Made by a program: the position numbers and the translations under genes
The notes under the pieces: generated by a model
Told to the model about the DNA's origin: nothing
What the model saw: the letters and a program-made list of their open reading frames with translations, nothing else
Databases searched by the model: none
Assembly: GCA_043803685.1 (NCBI GenBank)
Contig: JAZDJU010000031.1
Coordinates: 32,001-96,000, forward strand
From: Candidatus Omnitrophota bacterium
GTDB taxonomy: Bacteria > Omnitrophota > Omnitrophia > Omnitrophales > Aquincolibacteriaceae
Length of the DNA stretch: 64,000 bases
Reading direction: 5' to 3'
In this document: piece after piece, positions 11,286 to 22,000 of the stretch
Layout of the letters: every line of letters starts with the position of its first letter
How positions within the stretch are numbered: the stretch's first letter is position 1

Positions 11286-11613
11286 AGCTGAGGATCGCCT
11301 CTTCTTCCGTCGAATAACTTTCAATGAGACCGTTGACGCCGATCATCTGAAAGGTCTTTTCGACTTCGGGCCGCAGATTGCACAATTTGATGTCCCCCTT
11401 TTGCTCGCGCACCTTGCGCAGGCGGTCGACGAGGATACCGACTCCGGCGAGTTCCACGTGCTTCGTATCTTTCAGATCCAGCAAAAGACGCTTGTGGTTC
11501 TTGTTCATCAAACGATTCATGCGCCCCTTCATCTTGATCATGCTAAGAGCATCAAGATCCCCGTTAAAACGCAACACATCGACCCCGATCTTCGTTCTGG
11601 CGTGATAGACCAT
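11275..11613 (-). CDS. STAS-domain (anti-sigma factor antagonist-like) protein
   Basis: GDLDA, LLLDLKDTKHVELAGVGILV, GDIKLCNL and YSTEEEAILSF motifs. Confidence 0.85.
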   Translation of the reverse strand: MVYHARTKIGVDVLRFNGDLDALSMIKMKGRMNRLMNKNHKRLLLDLKDTKHVELAGVGILVDRLRKVREQKGDIKLCNLRPEVEKTFQMIGVNGLIESYSTEEEAILSFAA

Positions 11614-11626
11614 AAAAGCTCCTTTG

Positions 11627-12064
11627 TTATTCTGCCGCTAATTTTTCCGCGAGTTCTTCGAAATGATTTTTGTGCTGATCAAAAAAACCTTGCCACTTCT
11701 CCTTCGCCCAAATTTCGATGCGACTTGAAACGCCGACGATCATGACGTCCGTCTTGACGTCGGCATAGGTCTTGAGATAGTCCGGGATCAGGATCCTCCC
11801 CTGTTTGTCGCAAATGACTTCGGAGGCGCCTGAGAAGAAAAGCCGGTTGAAAGTTCGGGATTCGGCTTTTGTAAAAGGCATGTCGCGGAACTTCTTTTCT
11901 TCCAGCTTCCACTGCTCTTCCGTGAAAACGAACAGACATTGATCAAGACCGCGGGTGATGAAAAAACGCTCCACATAGCGTTCCTTAAAGATCTCGCGGA
12001 ACTTGGCAGGGATCATGACGCGGCTTTTAGCATCAATCACATGTTCGAATTCACCGTAAAACAT
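11627..12064 (-). CDS. mraZ: Division/cell wall cluster transcriptional repressor MraZ
   Basis: MFYGEFEHVIDAKSRV, DKQGRILIP and RIEIW motifs. Confidence 0.97.
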   Translation of the reverse strand: MFYGEFEHVIDAKSRVMIPAKFREIFKERYVERFFITRGLDQCLFVFTEEQWKLEEKKFRDMPFTKAESRTFNRLFFSGASEVICDKQGRILIPDYLKTYADVKTDVMIVGVSSRIEIWAKEKWQGFFDQHKNHFEELAEKLAAE

Positions 12065-12087
12065 GGATCTTCTTTCCTTTCAGGGTT

Positions 12088-12112
12088 CCCACCTTCTACC
12101 ACTTTGCCCCAC
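12088..12112 (-). promoter_or_regulatory. MraZ operator (three GTGG[G/T] boxes at 10-bp period)
   Basis: Plus-strand cccac at 12088, accac at 12098 and cccac at 12108. Confidence 0.85.
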
Positions 12113-12127
12113 TTTATTATCGGCGGC

Positions 12128-12156
12128 AGTATATGTTTCCATTAATAGGGTGTCAA
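12128..12156 (-). promoter_or_regulatory. dcw operon sigma70 promoter
   Basis: TTGACA-N17-TATACT immediately upstream of the MraZ boxes. Confidence 0.85.
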
Positions 12157-12323
12157 TGTTCTTTTTTATAGGGAACCCGAGAAATATAGAGACACACCAT
12201 CCGAAGTGTTTTTTGTGCGGGGGACCACAAGATAAGGGGAGAAAAAAAGGCCGGGCTAGAACAAGCTAAATGGGGTTTTACAAAATAATGATACTGAAAG
12301 GAACAGCGGCAATCGATGAACTT

Positions 12324-13043
12324 CTACTGGTTTTCGATGTAGAGGATGCGGGAACAGTTCTCACAAACGATGATCTGCTGACCGAGCCGGATCTCGTTAA
12401 TAAGTTGCGGACGTAATTGCATTTGGCAGGCAGCGCAAACTTCACCATGCACGACCGCAAGTGCCAACCCTTGTTTTTTGAGGGCGATCCGGTTGTAAAG
12501 CTCTTTGAGCTCGGGAGGAAGTACCGCCACGGATTCTTCGCGCTGTTTCTGCAGGTCCCCGAGACGTCCCTGCAAAGTCTTTTCCTGCGTAGTCATTGCA
12601 TTGTCCCGGTCCTGAAAAGATTTTGTCACAGAAACCAATTTCTCTTTTTCCTTACGCGTCTCTTCTTTGGCAGCATCCACTTCATCCATAATGTGAATGA
12701 TCCCTTCTTCAAGAAGAGAATTGTCGGCTTTCAAAGAAGCGATCTCCTGCTGAAGCGCGGCATATTCCTTGTTCGTCTTCACCTGGGAGAGCTGCCCATC
12801 GAGCTTCTTGATCTGCATCTCTTTTTGCCCGAGCTCCAACTCTTTTTCCTTCTGCTTCAGCTGAATGTCTTTAAGGGACTTCTCCAGATCGTTCAGATGA
12901 GTCTTTTCGAGTTCGAGTTCTGACTTGAGTTGGACCCTCTGCGAGGGGATCTCTTCCAAGCGGACCTTGGCGTGATGGATCTCACTGTCCAATTGCTGGG
13001 CTTTTTTCAGAGCATCAAGATTCTGGGTAACAGGGCTTAGCAT
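12324..13043 (-). CDS. Coiled-coil C4 zinc-ribbon protein (DUF164/CT398-like)
   Basis: Long coiled coil with KTNKEY; CAAC...CENCSRILY. Confidence 0.88.
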   Translation of the reverse strand: MLSPVTQNLDALKKAQQLDSEIHHAKVRLEEIPSQRVQLKSELELEKTHLNDLEKSLKDIQLKQKEKELELGQKEMQIKKLDGQLSQVKTNKEYAALQQEIASLKADNSLLEEGIIHIMDEVDAAKEETRKEKEKLVSVTKSFQDRDNAMTTQEKTLQGRLGDLQKQREESVAVLPPELKELYNRIALKKQGLALAVVHGEVCAACQMQLRPQLINEIRLGQQIIVCENCSRILYIENQ

Positions 13044-13215
13044 AAGTAGGAGGGATTATAGAAGAGATGGCAGGCACCATCAAGGAGAAATACGAGAAAA
13101 TACGAGTACTGTATTATGAAACCCTAAATCAAACCGCGGTTCCCGTTGTAAAGGAAAAAGATGGGGCTATAATAACCTCTGTCATAAATACGATCTTCTA
13201 TCTTAGGGCAATGGC

Positions 13216-14217
13216 ATGATGACGATCCGCCAGGAAAAGTTACGCCAAAGGTTCGCCGCGTTCCGGTCGAAATTCGCCGGACACATGCAAAGAATCCGTC
13301 CCCGTGTCGCGTTCAAGATCCTCGCCGGCATCCTACTGTTATTTCCATGGATGGTCGCCTCGCTGGTCGCGAGCTTTCTAAGGGTAGGGCACTGGCGCAA
13401 GATCGCAACGTGCCGGACTTTCCTCAAACGTCACGCGCTCGCCTTTGACGGCATCGATCCAGAAATGCTCACCGTAGAATCGGTCTCGGGAGGCGTTAGC
13501 AATTCCAATCAGATATGGCAATGCCGAAAAACCTCCGGAGAAGAGATCCGCTATTTCGTGAAGATCTTTCTTGATGCTGGGAGTTTCTGGGCCAAACACC
13601 TGAGTTTCGTAAGCCCCTTCCCTTCCATCTACGGCGGCAAGGTCCACGAACGTTTTACCGTGGACATGGTCAGCCGCGTCCAGCTCGAAAAGATCGGCGT
13701 CCCGGTCCCGCGCCTCGTCGCTTACGACGCTGTCGAAAAAGTCATGGTGACTGAGCACATCGAGGGAGAAACAGTCGATTCGATCCTGGAACGCATCGGA
13801 GAACGCGCGGCCCTGGGGCCCGGGGACGAAGCCGTCGTCCGCCAGTGCGCGATTGGGTTGGCCAGGATCCACCGGGCGGGTTTTTCTCTGATCGACACCC
13901 AACCCGTCAATTGCATCTGGGTTCCGGTGGAACAGAAGGTCTATTTCACAGATCTGGAATTCTGCAGTTCCCAGGACAAACGGGTTTGGGATATCGGATT
14001 TTTTCTGTGCTTCATCGCCGTGAGGCTTTCAGGTACCGTACGGCAGGAGGTACGCAATATTTTCCTGGAAAGTTATCAGAAGGAACGTCAGATCGACCTT
14101 GCCCAAGTCGCGGAAACCGGCCGCCAGCTCCAGGAATATATGCCAGTCTTTCAGGCGATCCTGGATATCCGCCGTTTCACGCCCGAGGAACTTTTCGAAG
14201 GTCTTATTTCCACGTAA
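13216..14217 (+). CDS. Membrane-anchored kinase-like phosphotransferase
   Basis: N-terminal TM; SGGVSN, YFVK, VPVPRLV, IHRAGFSLIDTQPVN and YFTDLE motifs. Confidence 0.7.
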   Translation: MMTIRQEKLRQRFAAFRSKFAGHMQRIRPRVAFKILAGILLLFPWMVASLVASFLRVGHWRKIATCRTFLKRHALAFDGIDPEMLTVESVSGGVSNSNQIWQCRKTSGEEIRYFVKIFLDAGSFWAKHLSFVSPFPSIYGGKVHERFTVDMVSRVQLEKIGVPVPRLVAYDAVEKVMVTEHIEGETVDSILERIGERAALGPGDEAVVRQCAIGLARIHRAGFSLIDTQPVNCIWVPVEQKVYFTDLEFCSSQDKRVWDIGFFLCFIAVRLSGTVRQEVRNIFLESYQKERQIDLAQVAETGRQLQEYMPVFQAILDIRRFTPEELFEGLIST

Positions 14218-14285
14218 CCTCGTACGGAGTGCGGCGAGGAAAGTTTGCACGCCGCACGCACAACGCCGCACACCTTACGAACTTG

Positions 14286-14750
14286 TTAAAAATCAACGCC
14301 GAGCCATTCCACCCATTGCTGTTTCCTGGGGAACGCAAGCCAAAAACCCGTCAGAGCCACAACGGCGAACGGTATAAAATCATGCGGCTGTCGTCCCAGG
14401 AAAACAAGAAGCATCCCCAGGAGAAGCGGAAGCTCAGCCCCAGCGCTCATCAGGATCGTTCTCACGAGAAGTCTTTGAACCGGACGTTCCGTGCTGGGTA
14501 GGGACGCGGGAACTGCATCGAATGCCCGGCGGCTCAATTGTTGCATCATGAAGATCCCGATGACCGAAACAACCAACGCCCCGTACTTGGCGAGCGGATA
14601 AGTCTGAGCGTTCAGGATCGCGGGCCCCGACTTCCCCATTTGGATCAAATAGTATCCGACCACGCCGTACGCCACGACGGAAAACGCCATAGCGATCGTC
14701 ATCATCCGCGCTTGCGCGTAGAACCTTTTTGCCGTTTCTGCCCGGTCCAT
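14286..14750 (-). CDS. Hypothetical four-TM membrane protein
   Basis: Four hydrophobic segments; AGGAG RBS. Confidence 0.7.
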   Translation of the reverse strand: MDRAETAKRFYAQARMMTIAMAFSVVAYGVVGYYLIQMGKSGPAILNAQTYPLAKYGALVVSVIGIFMMQQLSRRAFDAVPASLPSTERPVQRLLVRTILMSAGAELPLLLGMLLVFLGRQPHDFIPFAVVALTGFWLAFPRKQQWVEWLGVDF

Positions 14751-14787
14751 GAACCGTTTCTCCTTGGGTTAAAAACGTTGAGTGTCC

Positions 14788-15186
14788 TTAGAATTTATGC
14801 CCCCGCCATTCTCCGGGAGGTCCATTCTTTTCCAGCTTCCCGTTCTCATCATAAAATTTAGCGACATGCTCCGGAAGCCCGTTCTTATATACTTCCTCGA
14901 ATCTCACCTGGCCATTCTCATGATAATCCTTGAAGACCCCGTGGAGCGTGCCATCCTTGTAAAACGTCTCACCTTTAAGCCGGCCACTTTTATAATACCA
15001 CCGGGACGGTCCGTCAAGCTGTCCGTCCCTGTAGAACTCCTCATTTTTTAATTGGCCATTGGGATAATACTCCCGGTACGGCCCGTCCTGAACATCGCAT
15101 CCACCGAGACCGAACAACGTCACCAGGGTCACGATCCCCAGGATCACACCTGCGAGCAGAAACACCTTTTTGAGATTCACTCTCAC
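14788..15186 (-). CDS. MORN-variant repeat protein (YwqK-like), probably exported
   Basis: Repeated YYxNGQL...GxLxG units; hydrophobic N-terminus followed by Cys. Confidence 0.8.
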   Translation of the reverse strand: MRVNLKKVFLLAGVILGIVTLVTLFGLGGCDVQDGPYREYYPNGQLKNEEFYRDGQLDGPSRWYYKSGRLKGETFYKDGTLHGVFKDYHENGQVRFEEVYKNGLPEHVAKFYDENGKLEKNGPPGEWRGHKF

Positions 15187-16331
15187 AGCGGCTTCCCCAA
15201 ATCCGGATTCTCAAGAATGCTGCCATAATGAAAAATGGCACAGAGCCCGACCTCCGATTCTTCACATATCCGGAATTCTTTTTCGAAGATCTCCGGTGAA
15301 CGCACAAACTTATAAGCCCCGACCCCCAGATACATTCGTCCAAGGTCCTTCACTTTTGTCTTGGCGACTTCGGTCCAGCGTTCATATTCCACCGGATCCG
15401 GAGAATAATTCATGACTGTCACGAAATCCACAAGACCGCGATTCACCCAGGAAGGCCAATCCTGAAAAGCCTCGAAAAGCGCCCGCTCATAGGACATGCA
15501 CCCCGTTGCGGAAACCCGGATCCGGGGACGGATATCCCGCGCCTTTTGGATACAAAGCCCCAAGAGCTCCGTCACCTGAGCTCGTTTCCAATCCCCCCAG
15601 GCCCGGCTCCCCTCCCGGATCTTTTTGAGCCGGGTTGTTTTCTTGAAACGTTCCATGTTGATCGGCGTATAACCGTACCGCGGATGAGCGTCCGGATATC
15701 GGATATAATCAAACTGAAGGCCGTCCAGGTCCGGATATGTCCTGACGATCTCCCCCACCATCGTGACTAGTTCCTGACGGACCCGCGTATCCCCCGGCTC
15801 GAGAAAATACTGGTTATCGATCTTGTAGTCCTGGAGCGTCTTTTTTTCTTCAAGATTCCGCGTCAGGATGTCCGGCCCATATTTTTTAAGGAGCGGCGCG
15901 TCTTCATTCTCGCTCAAACTCAGCATGTTGAGCCAGGCATGAACCTCGATCCCGGCGTTATGCGCCTCCCGGATCAAGAGCGCGAAAGGATCTTCTCCGA
16001 GCGTTTTAAGAACCGCTTCATACGGCGCGGGATCCCCCACCGTGGAAGGGAACCAGGTCTTATTGGCGCGATAGATCTGGACGAAGAGGGTCTTGATGCG
16101 CGCTTCCTTCGCGAAACGGATCAGTTCCATGAGGGTCTCGCGACTCGAAAGCGTCGGCGGGTTCTGGATCAACGAAACAAAAAGACCGCGAGAAGAAGAC
16201 GTCCTTCGGGGCAGGTTTTCGATGTCTTTCTGTGACGCGCCTAAATCGTGGGATCCCGGGGTTTCACACTTGGCCGGAACCTGGAAAAGTGTTAAGAGAC
16301 ACAAAAGAAGGATCGGTATTTTTTTCTTCAC
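15183..16331 (-). CDS. GHL10/YddW-like glycoside hydrolase
   Basis: Signal peptide; DPFALLIREAHNAGIEVHAW, DGLQFDYIRYP and QDWPSW motifs. Confidence 0.85.
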   Translation of the reverse strand: MKKKIPILLLCLLTLFQVPAKCETPGSHDLGASQKDIENLPRRTSSSRGLFVSLIQNPPTLSSRETLMELIRFAKEARIKTLFVQIYRANKTWFPSTVGDPAPYEAVLKTLGEDPFALLIREAHNAGIEVHAWLNMLSLSENEDAPLLKKYGPDILTRNLEEKKTLQDYKIDNQYFLEPGDTRVRQELVTMVGEIVRTYPDLDGLQFDYIRYPDAHPRYGYTPINMERFKKTTRLKKIREGSRAWGDWKRAQVTELLGLCIQKARDIRPRIRVSATGCMSYERALFEAFQDWPSWVNRGLVDFVTVMNYSPDPVEYERWTEVAKTKVKDLGRMYLGVGAYKFVRSPEIFEKEFRICEESEVGLCAIFHYGSILENPDLGKPL

Positions 16332-16352
16332 AAGAGGAGTTCCATCGTTCTA

Positions 16353-17798
16353 TCAGACTTGGCCCGCCTGAGAATCAGGACGAGGCTCGCCCGTCTTCGC
16401 AGGATGGCCGATCACCCGAAGGAACGCCTTCACGACCTCGGGCCGGAATTGGGTGCCACTCGCACGTTCGATCTCACCAACCGCAACCTCATGCGTCAGC
16501 GGTTGGCGGTAGGGTCGTATCGAAGTCATGGCATCATAAGCGTCAGCAATGGATACGATCTGGGACGCCTGATCGATCTCTTCTCCCTTGAGACCATCGG
16601 GATAGCCCGCACCGTCCACACGCTCATGATGCGACCGTATCACACGCAGCAGTTCGGGGTCGAGGACCGGTTCCAGGATCCTTTCCCCGGTCACGGGATG
16701 CTCCTTCATGGCCACCCACTCTTCGGCGTTGAGCTTGCCTTTTTTATTCAAGATCGCTTCCCGGACGACAAGTTTTCCGACATCGTGAAGCTCGGCAACG
16801 CACCAGACGAGTTCCGCCTTTTCGGGGTTCAGGCCAAGCTCAAGCGCCACTTGACGCGCCAAGTGCGCCACGCGCTCGGAATGACCCTGCGTATAAGAGT
16901 CCTTCGCTTCCAAGGCCCGCACAAGCGCCTGGGCCACCTTGAAAAAATAATTCTGAAGACGCTTGCGGGAATCCGAAAGGCTCTCGGCCATCTTATTGAA
17001 GGAATCCGCCAATTCTCCGATCTCGTCTTTCGATCGCACGACAACCCGGTAATCCAGATTATCCTTGGCCAGCTGCCGCGTGCCCTCCGCGAGCTTTCGC
17101 ACCGGACCCGAAACATTTCCGGCGATAAATATCCCGAGCACACAGCAAAGGAGGATCCCGGAGAAAAATACGACCGCCATGCGTTGTTTCACTTCCTGCT
17201 GCATCTTGGCGATATCATTCGCCAGAATGTCCACACCAATGATCGCGATGACTTTCCCGTCCTTCGCGAAGATCGGAGCATAACCAGACAGCACCAACCC
17301 CCAGGGATCCTCCGCAAGTTCACGATCCGCGGAAGGCTTATCAAAAGCCGCGAGCATTTCAGGAAGACGGCGGGCATCATAAAGATCCCCGGGACGCGCA
17401 GCCCCGCGGACCGTATGCCCTTCCCGGGTCGGAACGTCCGTATCGACCAAAAACCGCAACATCCCGGGAGTCTCCGTCTTCGCCATGATGTAGATGTATT
17501 GAAGCGGGCTATTGCGTTCGACCACCCTGTAAAGCTTGGAGGCTATCTCACGGTAAGCGGGACTCCGGACCCCTTCCCGCGTCAGAGGGATCGTCTGAAG
17601 CGCCTCGGCATCGACCGCCAAGGAAGCGGTCTGGGCAATAGCGATGAGAGACTTTCGCAGTTGTTCGAAATTGGAGGCGAGATTAAAACGATAGACGAAA
17701 AAATTATTCAATCCCGTGACAAAGACCATCGCAAGAACCAAGGCCAGCGTCACGCGCGTCTTAAAACTATAAAAAAAAGCCCTGTTTTTCATCCACAT
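16353..17798 (-). CDS. Membrane sensor-HAMP-HD-GYP phosphodiesterase
   Basis: Two TMs, HAMP (DEIGELADSFN), HSERVA, LHDVGK, HHERVDGAGYPDGL and RPYR motifs. Confidence 0.9.
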   Translation of the reverse strand: MWMKNRAFFYSFKTRVTLALVLAMVFVTGLNNFFVYRFNLASNFEQLRKSLIAIAQTASLAVDAEALQTIPLTREGVRSPAYREIASKLYRVVERNSPLQYIYIMAKTETPGMLRFLVDTDVPTREGHTVRGAARPGDLYDARRLPEMLAAFDKPSADRELAEDPWGLVLSGYAPIFAKDGKVIAIIGVDILANDIAKMQQEVKQRMAVVFFSGILLCCVLGIFIAGNVSGPVRKLAEGTRQLAKDNLDYRVVVRSKDEIGELADSFNKMAESLSDSRKRLQNYFFKVAQALVRALEAKDSYTQGHSERVAHLARQVALELGLNPEKAELVWCVAELHDVGKLVVREAILNKKGKLNAEEWVAMKEHPVTGERILEPVLDPELLRVIRSHHERVDGAGYPDGLKGEEIDQASQIVSIADAYDAMTSIRPYRQPLTHEVAVGEIERASGTQFRPEVVKAFLRVIGHPAKTGEPRPDSQAGQV

Positions 17799-17823
17799 CT
17801 CCCGGTCTGAAGGACCGAACGGC

Positions 17824-18630
17824 TCACTCCCCGATTTGAGGCCGGCTCCTTCTCTGGACCGCGAGCACTTCTTTCGCTTTATCCAACAGGATGTCGGGAT
17901 CATTTCTTTCGATCAGCTGAGTATCGATCACGCGACAGATGCTCTTCACGGCCGTACGATCAAAAGAGGGATCGGGTGCCATGTACAAGAGCACGGGAAT
18001 GTCCATCGTTCGCGGCATCTGCTTGAGCTTCATACAGACCAGATCCCCCGAAATGTCCGGAAGTCCCAATTTGATCACGATAAGATCAGGGAGTTCGACC
18101 ATGATCTTTTCAAACGCCGTCAACGCGCTTAAAGCGGATTCCACCGCGTACCCGGCATTCAGAAAAGATATGGCGATCTTCCCCAGGGCCACCTCATCAT
18201 CGTCCACCACCAGGATCTTTTTGGCCCCCTTGGCGATTTTCTCTTCTTCCGCGTCCGGGATGTTATACCGTTTCTTCATCACAACATCGATCTCGCGCAT
18301 GACATCCTCGACGTCAAAGGGCTTGGTGATGAACCCGTCCACATCCAGGTCCTTGAAAAGCTTTCCTAATTCTTCGCGCACCGTCAAGACGATGAGCGGA
18401 ACGACCGGCTTTCCTTTTCCCAACATGATCTTTCCGTAAAGTTCGATCCCGTTCATCTTGGGCATATTGATGTCCAGGATCACAAGGTCCGGATACTTTT
18501 CGAAGATCATGGCGAGACCTTTTTGCCCATCCACCGCTTCGAGGACCTTGTATTTGGTCTCCAGATAGAACCGGAGGATCTTCCGGACCTCTTCCGAATC
18601 GTCGATCACAAGCACCGTTTTCATGTCCAT
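17824..18630 (-). CDS. Response regulator with tandem receiver domains
   Basis: REC1 has LDINMPK; REC2 has IKLGLPD and lacks the phosphoacceptor Asp. Confidence 0.85.
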   Translation of the reverse strand: MDMKTVLVIDDSEEVRKILRFYLETKYKVLEAVDGQKGLAMIFEKYPDLVILDINMPKMNGIELYGKIMLGKGKPVVPLIVLTVREELGKLFKDLDVDGFITKPFDVEDVMREIDVVMKKRYNIPDAEEEKIAKGAKKILVVDDDEVALGKIAISFLNAGYAVESALSALTAFEKIMVELPDLIVIKLGLPDISGDLVCMKLKQMPRTMDIPVLLYMAPDPSFDRTAVKSICRVIDTQLIERNDPDILLDKAKEVLAVQRRSRPQIGE

Positions 18631-18643
18631 AAGATATCCGCTC

Positions 18644-18964
18644 CTATATGTTTTTTTTCAATTCTTCCATGAGACTTTTCAAACTCTTCACCCGTAACTC
18701 GATCGTTTCCAGGTCCAGCCCGATCTTCGCCGCCGTCTCCAACTCCTTGGCCGTCAAATAGATCTCTTCGATCCTCAGATTCCCGGCAGCCCCCTTGATG
18801 AAGTGGGCCGATCTCGCGATCTTTTCAAAATCCTTTTCCTGAAAAGCCTTTTCAAGATCCAGCATCACGCCTTCGGACTGGCCGGAAAATCCGACCACAA
18901 GCCCGTCATAAAGCCCTTCGGGGATCCCCAGTTCCTGGAGAGCCTTTTGCCTGTCCCACTTCAT
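18644..18964 (-). CDS. Hpt phosphotransfer protein
   Basis: AHFIKGAAGNL motif. Confidence 0.9.
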   Translation of the reverse strand: MKWDRQKALQELGIPEGLYDGLVVGFSGQSEGVMLDLEKAFQEKDFEKIARSAHFIKGAAGNLRIEEIYLTAKELETAAKIGLDLETIELRVKSLKSLMEELKKNI

Positions 18965-19000
18965 ACAATGCCCCGCTTCCCGCCCTTGATAGAGCCTATT

Positions 19001-22000
19001 TTAGGAAATATTCTTGATCCAGTGAAAGATCTTATCCTTGAGTTTATTGATTTCAATGGGTTTCGCAAGATAATCGTTCATCCCCGCCGCAAGACATGTG
19101 GCTCTATCATCCTCCGAGACCCCTGCGGTGAGCGCCAGGATAGGCATGGTTTTATGGAGTTCCTTCCGGATGATCCGCGTCGCTTCAAGGCCTCCCATGA
19201 CGGGCATTTGAAGATCCATCAAGATCAGATCACAGGGCTCCTTCTGCACCTTTTCCACAGCCTCACGTCCATCACAAGCGATTTCGACCACAAAATCGAA
19301 ACTCCGGAGGATGATCGAAAGAAGTTCCTGGGAAGACGGATTGTCTTCCACCACCAGGATCCGAAGTCCTTTGCGCGACAATTCTTCCGCCGTATATTGG
19401 GTCACGATCTCCACAGGAAGGATCTTTTCCCTTCGATCTCCCAAAACAGTTTTGATGACCTTCAAAAGATTGTCTCTGGAGGCGGGTTTGGACACATAGC
19501 CGTCATACCCGCTTTGTTGCGCCCTGGAAGCCGCCCCCTCCCGCGCCTCTCCCGTGACCGCGACCAATTTGATCGTTTCATATTTCTTATTATTCCGTAT
19601 TTTTCGAGCCAGCTCATACCCGTCCATATCGGGCATCACGATATCCGCAAGAATGATATCCGGAAGCAACGACTGCTCTGACAACCACTGCAAAGCGTCT
19701 TGGGCAAGCGCGGACGAACGCAACACCACCATCTGGACTTCTTCGCAATAATAAGAAAAGATCTTCCGGGCCATTGCATCATCGTCAAGAATGAGGATCT
19801 TCTTGCCCGAAAGTTCCTCATCCTTCAAAGGAAATATCTGGACATCATTCGCCGCCGATTCCACTTCGAGCGGCAGCAAGACTGAAAAAACGCTTCCCTG
19901 ACCGGGCTCGGACTGGACCTCAATCGTCCCTCCCATCAGCTTGACAAGTTCCCTGGAGATCGAAAGTCCCAACCCCGCTCCTCCATACTTGCGCGTCGTG
20001 GAAACATCCGCTTGCTCAAAAGCTCTGAAAACAGCTTCGTATTTTTCACGCGAAAGACCGATCCCCGTATCCCTCACCGCAATCCGGATCATGGCCTCAT
20101 TGACTGGATCTCTATTTTCCATCTTCCCATCCAGCGACACCCGGACCTCGATCTCCCCTTTTTCGGTGAACTTGATCGCATTGCTCAAAAGGTGCATTAA
20201 AACCTGCCGGATCCGGGCAGGGTCCCCGCGAAATCCGTGCGGCACTTTTTCGTCCATCGAACAAAAGATCTTCAGATCTTTTCGGCTGAGTTTTCTCATA
20301 TGAGCCTTGAGCACACCTTCGATCAGGCGTTCGAGGTCGAAATGGATCTTTCCAGGTCGCACTTCCCCGGACGCCATCCTTGAAAAATCCAGCACATCCG
20401 TAAGCAGGGAAAGCAATGTTTCCCCTCCGTCCCGAAGCGTCTCGACGTATCCTTTTTGGACAGGATCCAAACTCGTGCTTTTTAAAAGATCCGAAAAACC
20501 GATAATGGCATTCAGCGGAGTGCGGATCTCATGAGACATGTTGGACAAAAACTGGTCTTTGGCTTTATGGGCCCGGGCCGCTTTCTCGATGGACTCAATA
20601 AGCAATATTTCGGCTTGCTTCCGGTCCGTAATATCACTGAGGATCCCGTCGTAGGACATGAGGCGCCCCGAAGGATCCATGTGAAGCACGGGTGTATTCC
20701 GGACCCAACGGACCGTACCATCCTTACGCAAAATGCGATGTTCGAGAGGTTGAACGGTTTTTCCTGCAATGACCGCGGCCGAAAATTCGAGCACCCTCGG
20801 ACGATCCTCTGGATACACCATATTTTCCCAAAGAGCCGGTTGGGTCTTGAACTCGTCGGCGGCATAGCCAGTCACCGCCAAACAGGTCGATTGATGGGTC
20901 GTCTCAACCGCCACGCCATCTTTCACCGTCACGGTGTAGATATAATCTGTGATCGTCGCGAGGATCTGCTGGGTATAGGCCTGGGTCTTTGCTAACTCCG
21001 CGGTTCGCTCGCAAACTCGCGCTTCCAATTCATTGTGAGCTTGTCGCAGGGCTTCTTCCGCCTTTTTTCGTTTGGTTATGTCCCTCGCACAACCCAAGAC
21101 CTGAACCTTCCCCTGGATCTTCACAGGAAAAAGTCTTACCTCCGCCACCACAACACTTCCGTCCCTGCGGTGAAGTGTGTACTCCTCAGGATCGGAAGGA
21201 AACCCCAGGGTACTCCTCGCAAGAGCCGCGGCGGCTTTCGGCATATCCGAAAGAGCTATGAGTTTCATTTTCATAAAACTTTTCCCCATCAATTCTTCCT
21301 TTGGGTAACCGCATATTTCTTCCGCTGCCTTATTGCCGTCCAGAAAAGTCCCCGTGAGATCGAACAGATAATAGGCGTCGGGAGCATAATCAAATATGAC
21401 CTTGAGCCTGTCCTCCGAATCCTTCAGTTTTAAATTCGCCTGGATCCGATCGGTGATATCACGACTTTCCGCGATCAATAGCGAAACCTTTCCTCTTGAG
21501 TCCTTGACCGGCTTCAATGAAAAATCAAGAGAACGAAGCTCTCCGTCTTTGAATGGATGCGTCACTTCGAACCGGACAAACTCACCTTGGGACGCCTTGG
21601 CGATGGCCGCGCGTAATTGGTCCTGCATCTCAGAAGAATGGGTCCACCAAGGTGTCTCCCAAAAGCGTTTCCCCAGGACGTCGGATTCCTTGATCCCCTC
21701 AAATTCAAGTGCCGTTCTGTTCGCGGCCGTGAGAATACCCTCCGGCGTCAGCAATCCGATCAATTGAAAGGCCTGGTCAAAAACCGCGCGGAATTTTCTC
21801 TCATGTTCCGAACCGATTTCCTCGGCTCTATCCAGTTCGCGCAACTGCCCCTCCAACGCATCATACGCCCTCTGCAAAGAATCCTCAGCGGTCTTGCGTT
21901 CGGTCGCTTCCTTGACCCAAGCGTCACGTGAGACCATTGTCCGCTCCAGATTCTCGGCAAGCCGGTCGAAGGCCTCGCCCAACACCTGGACCTCGCCCGA

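Noticed and set aside
14788..15186. YwqK antitoxin as part of a TA pair
   Set aside because: No adjacent toxin; it is an exported MORN-like repeat protein.
16359..17810. Long plus-strand ORFs antisense to real genes (also 1044-1853, 6055-6948, 8995-9969, 27236-28213, 32993-33865, and 58111-58998 on the minus strand)
   Set aside because: Shadow frames of GC-rich coding genes with no recognisable motifs.
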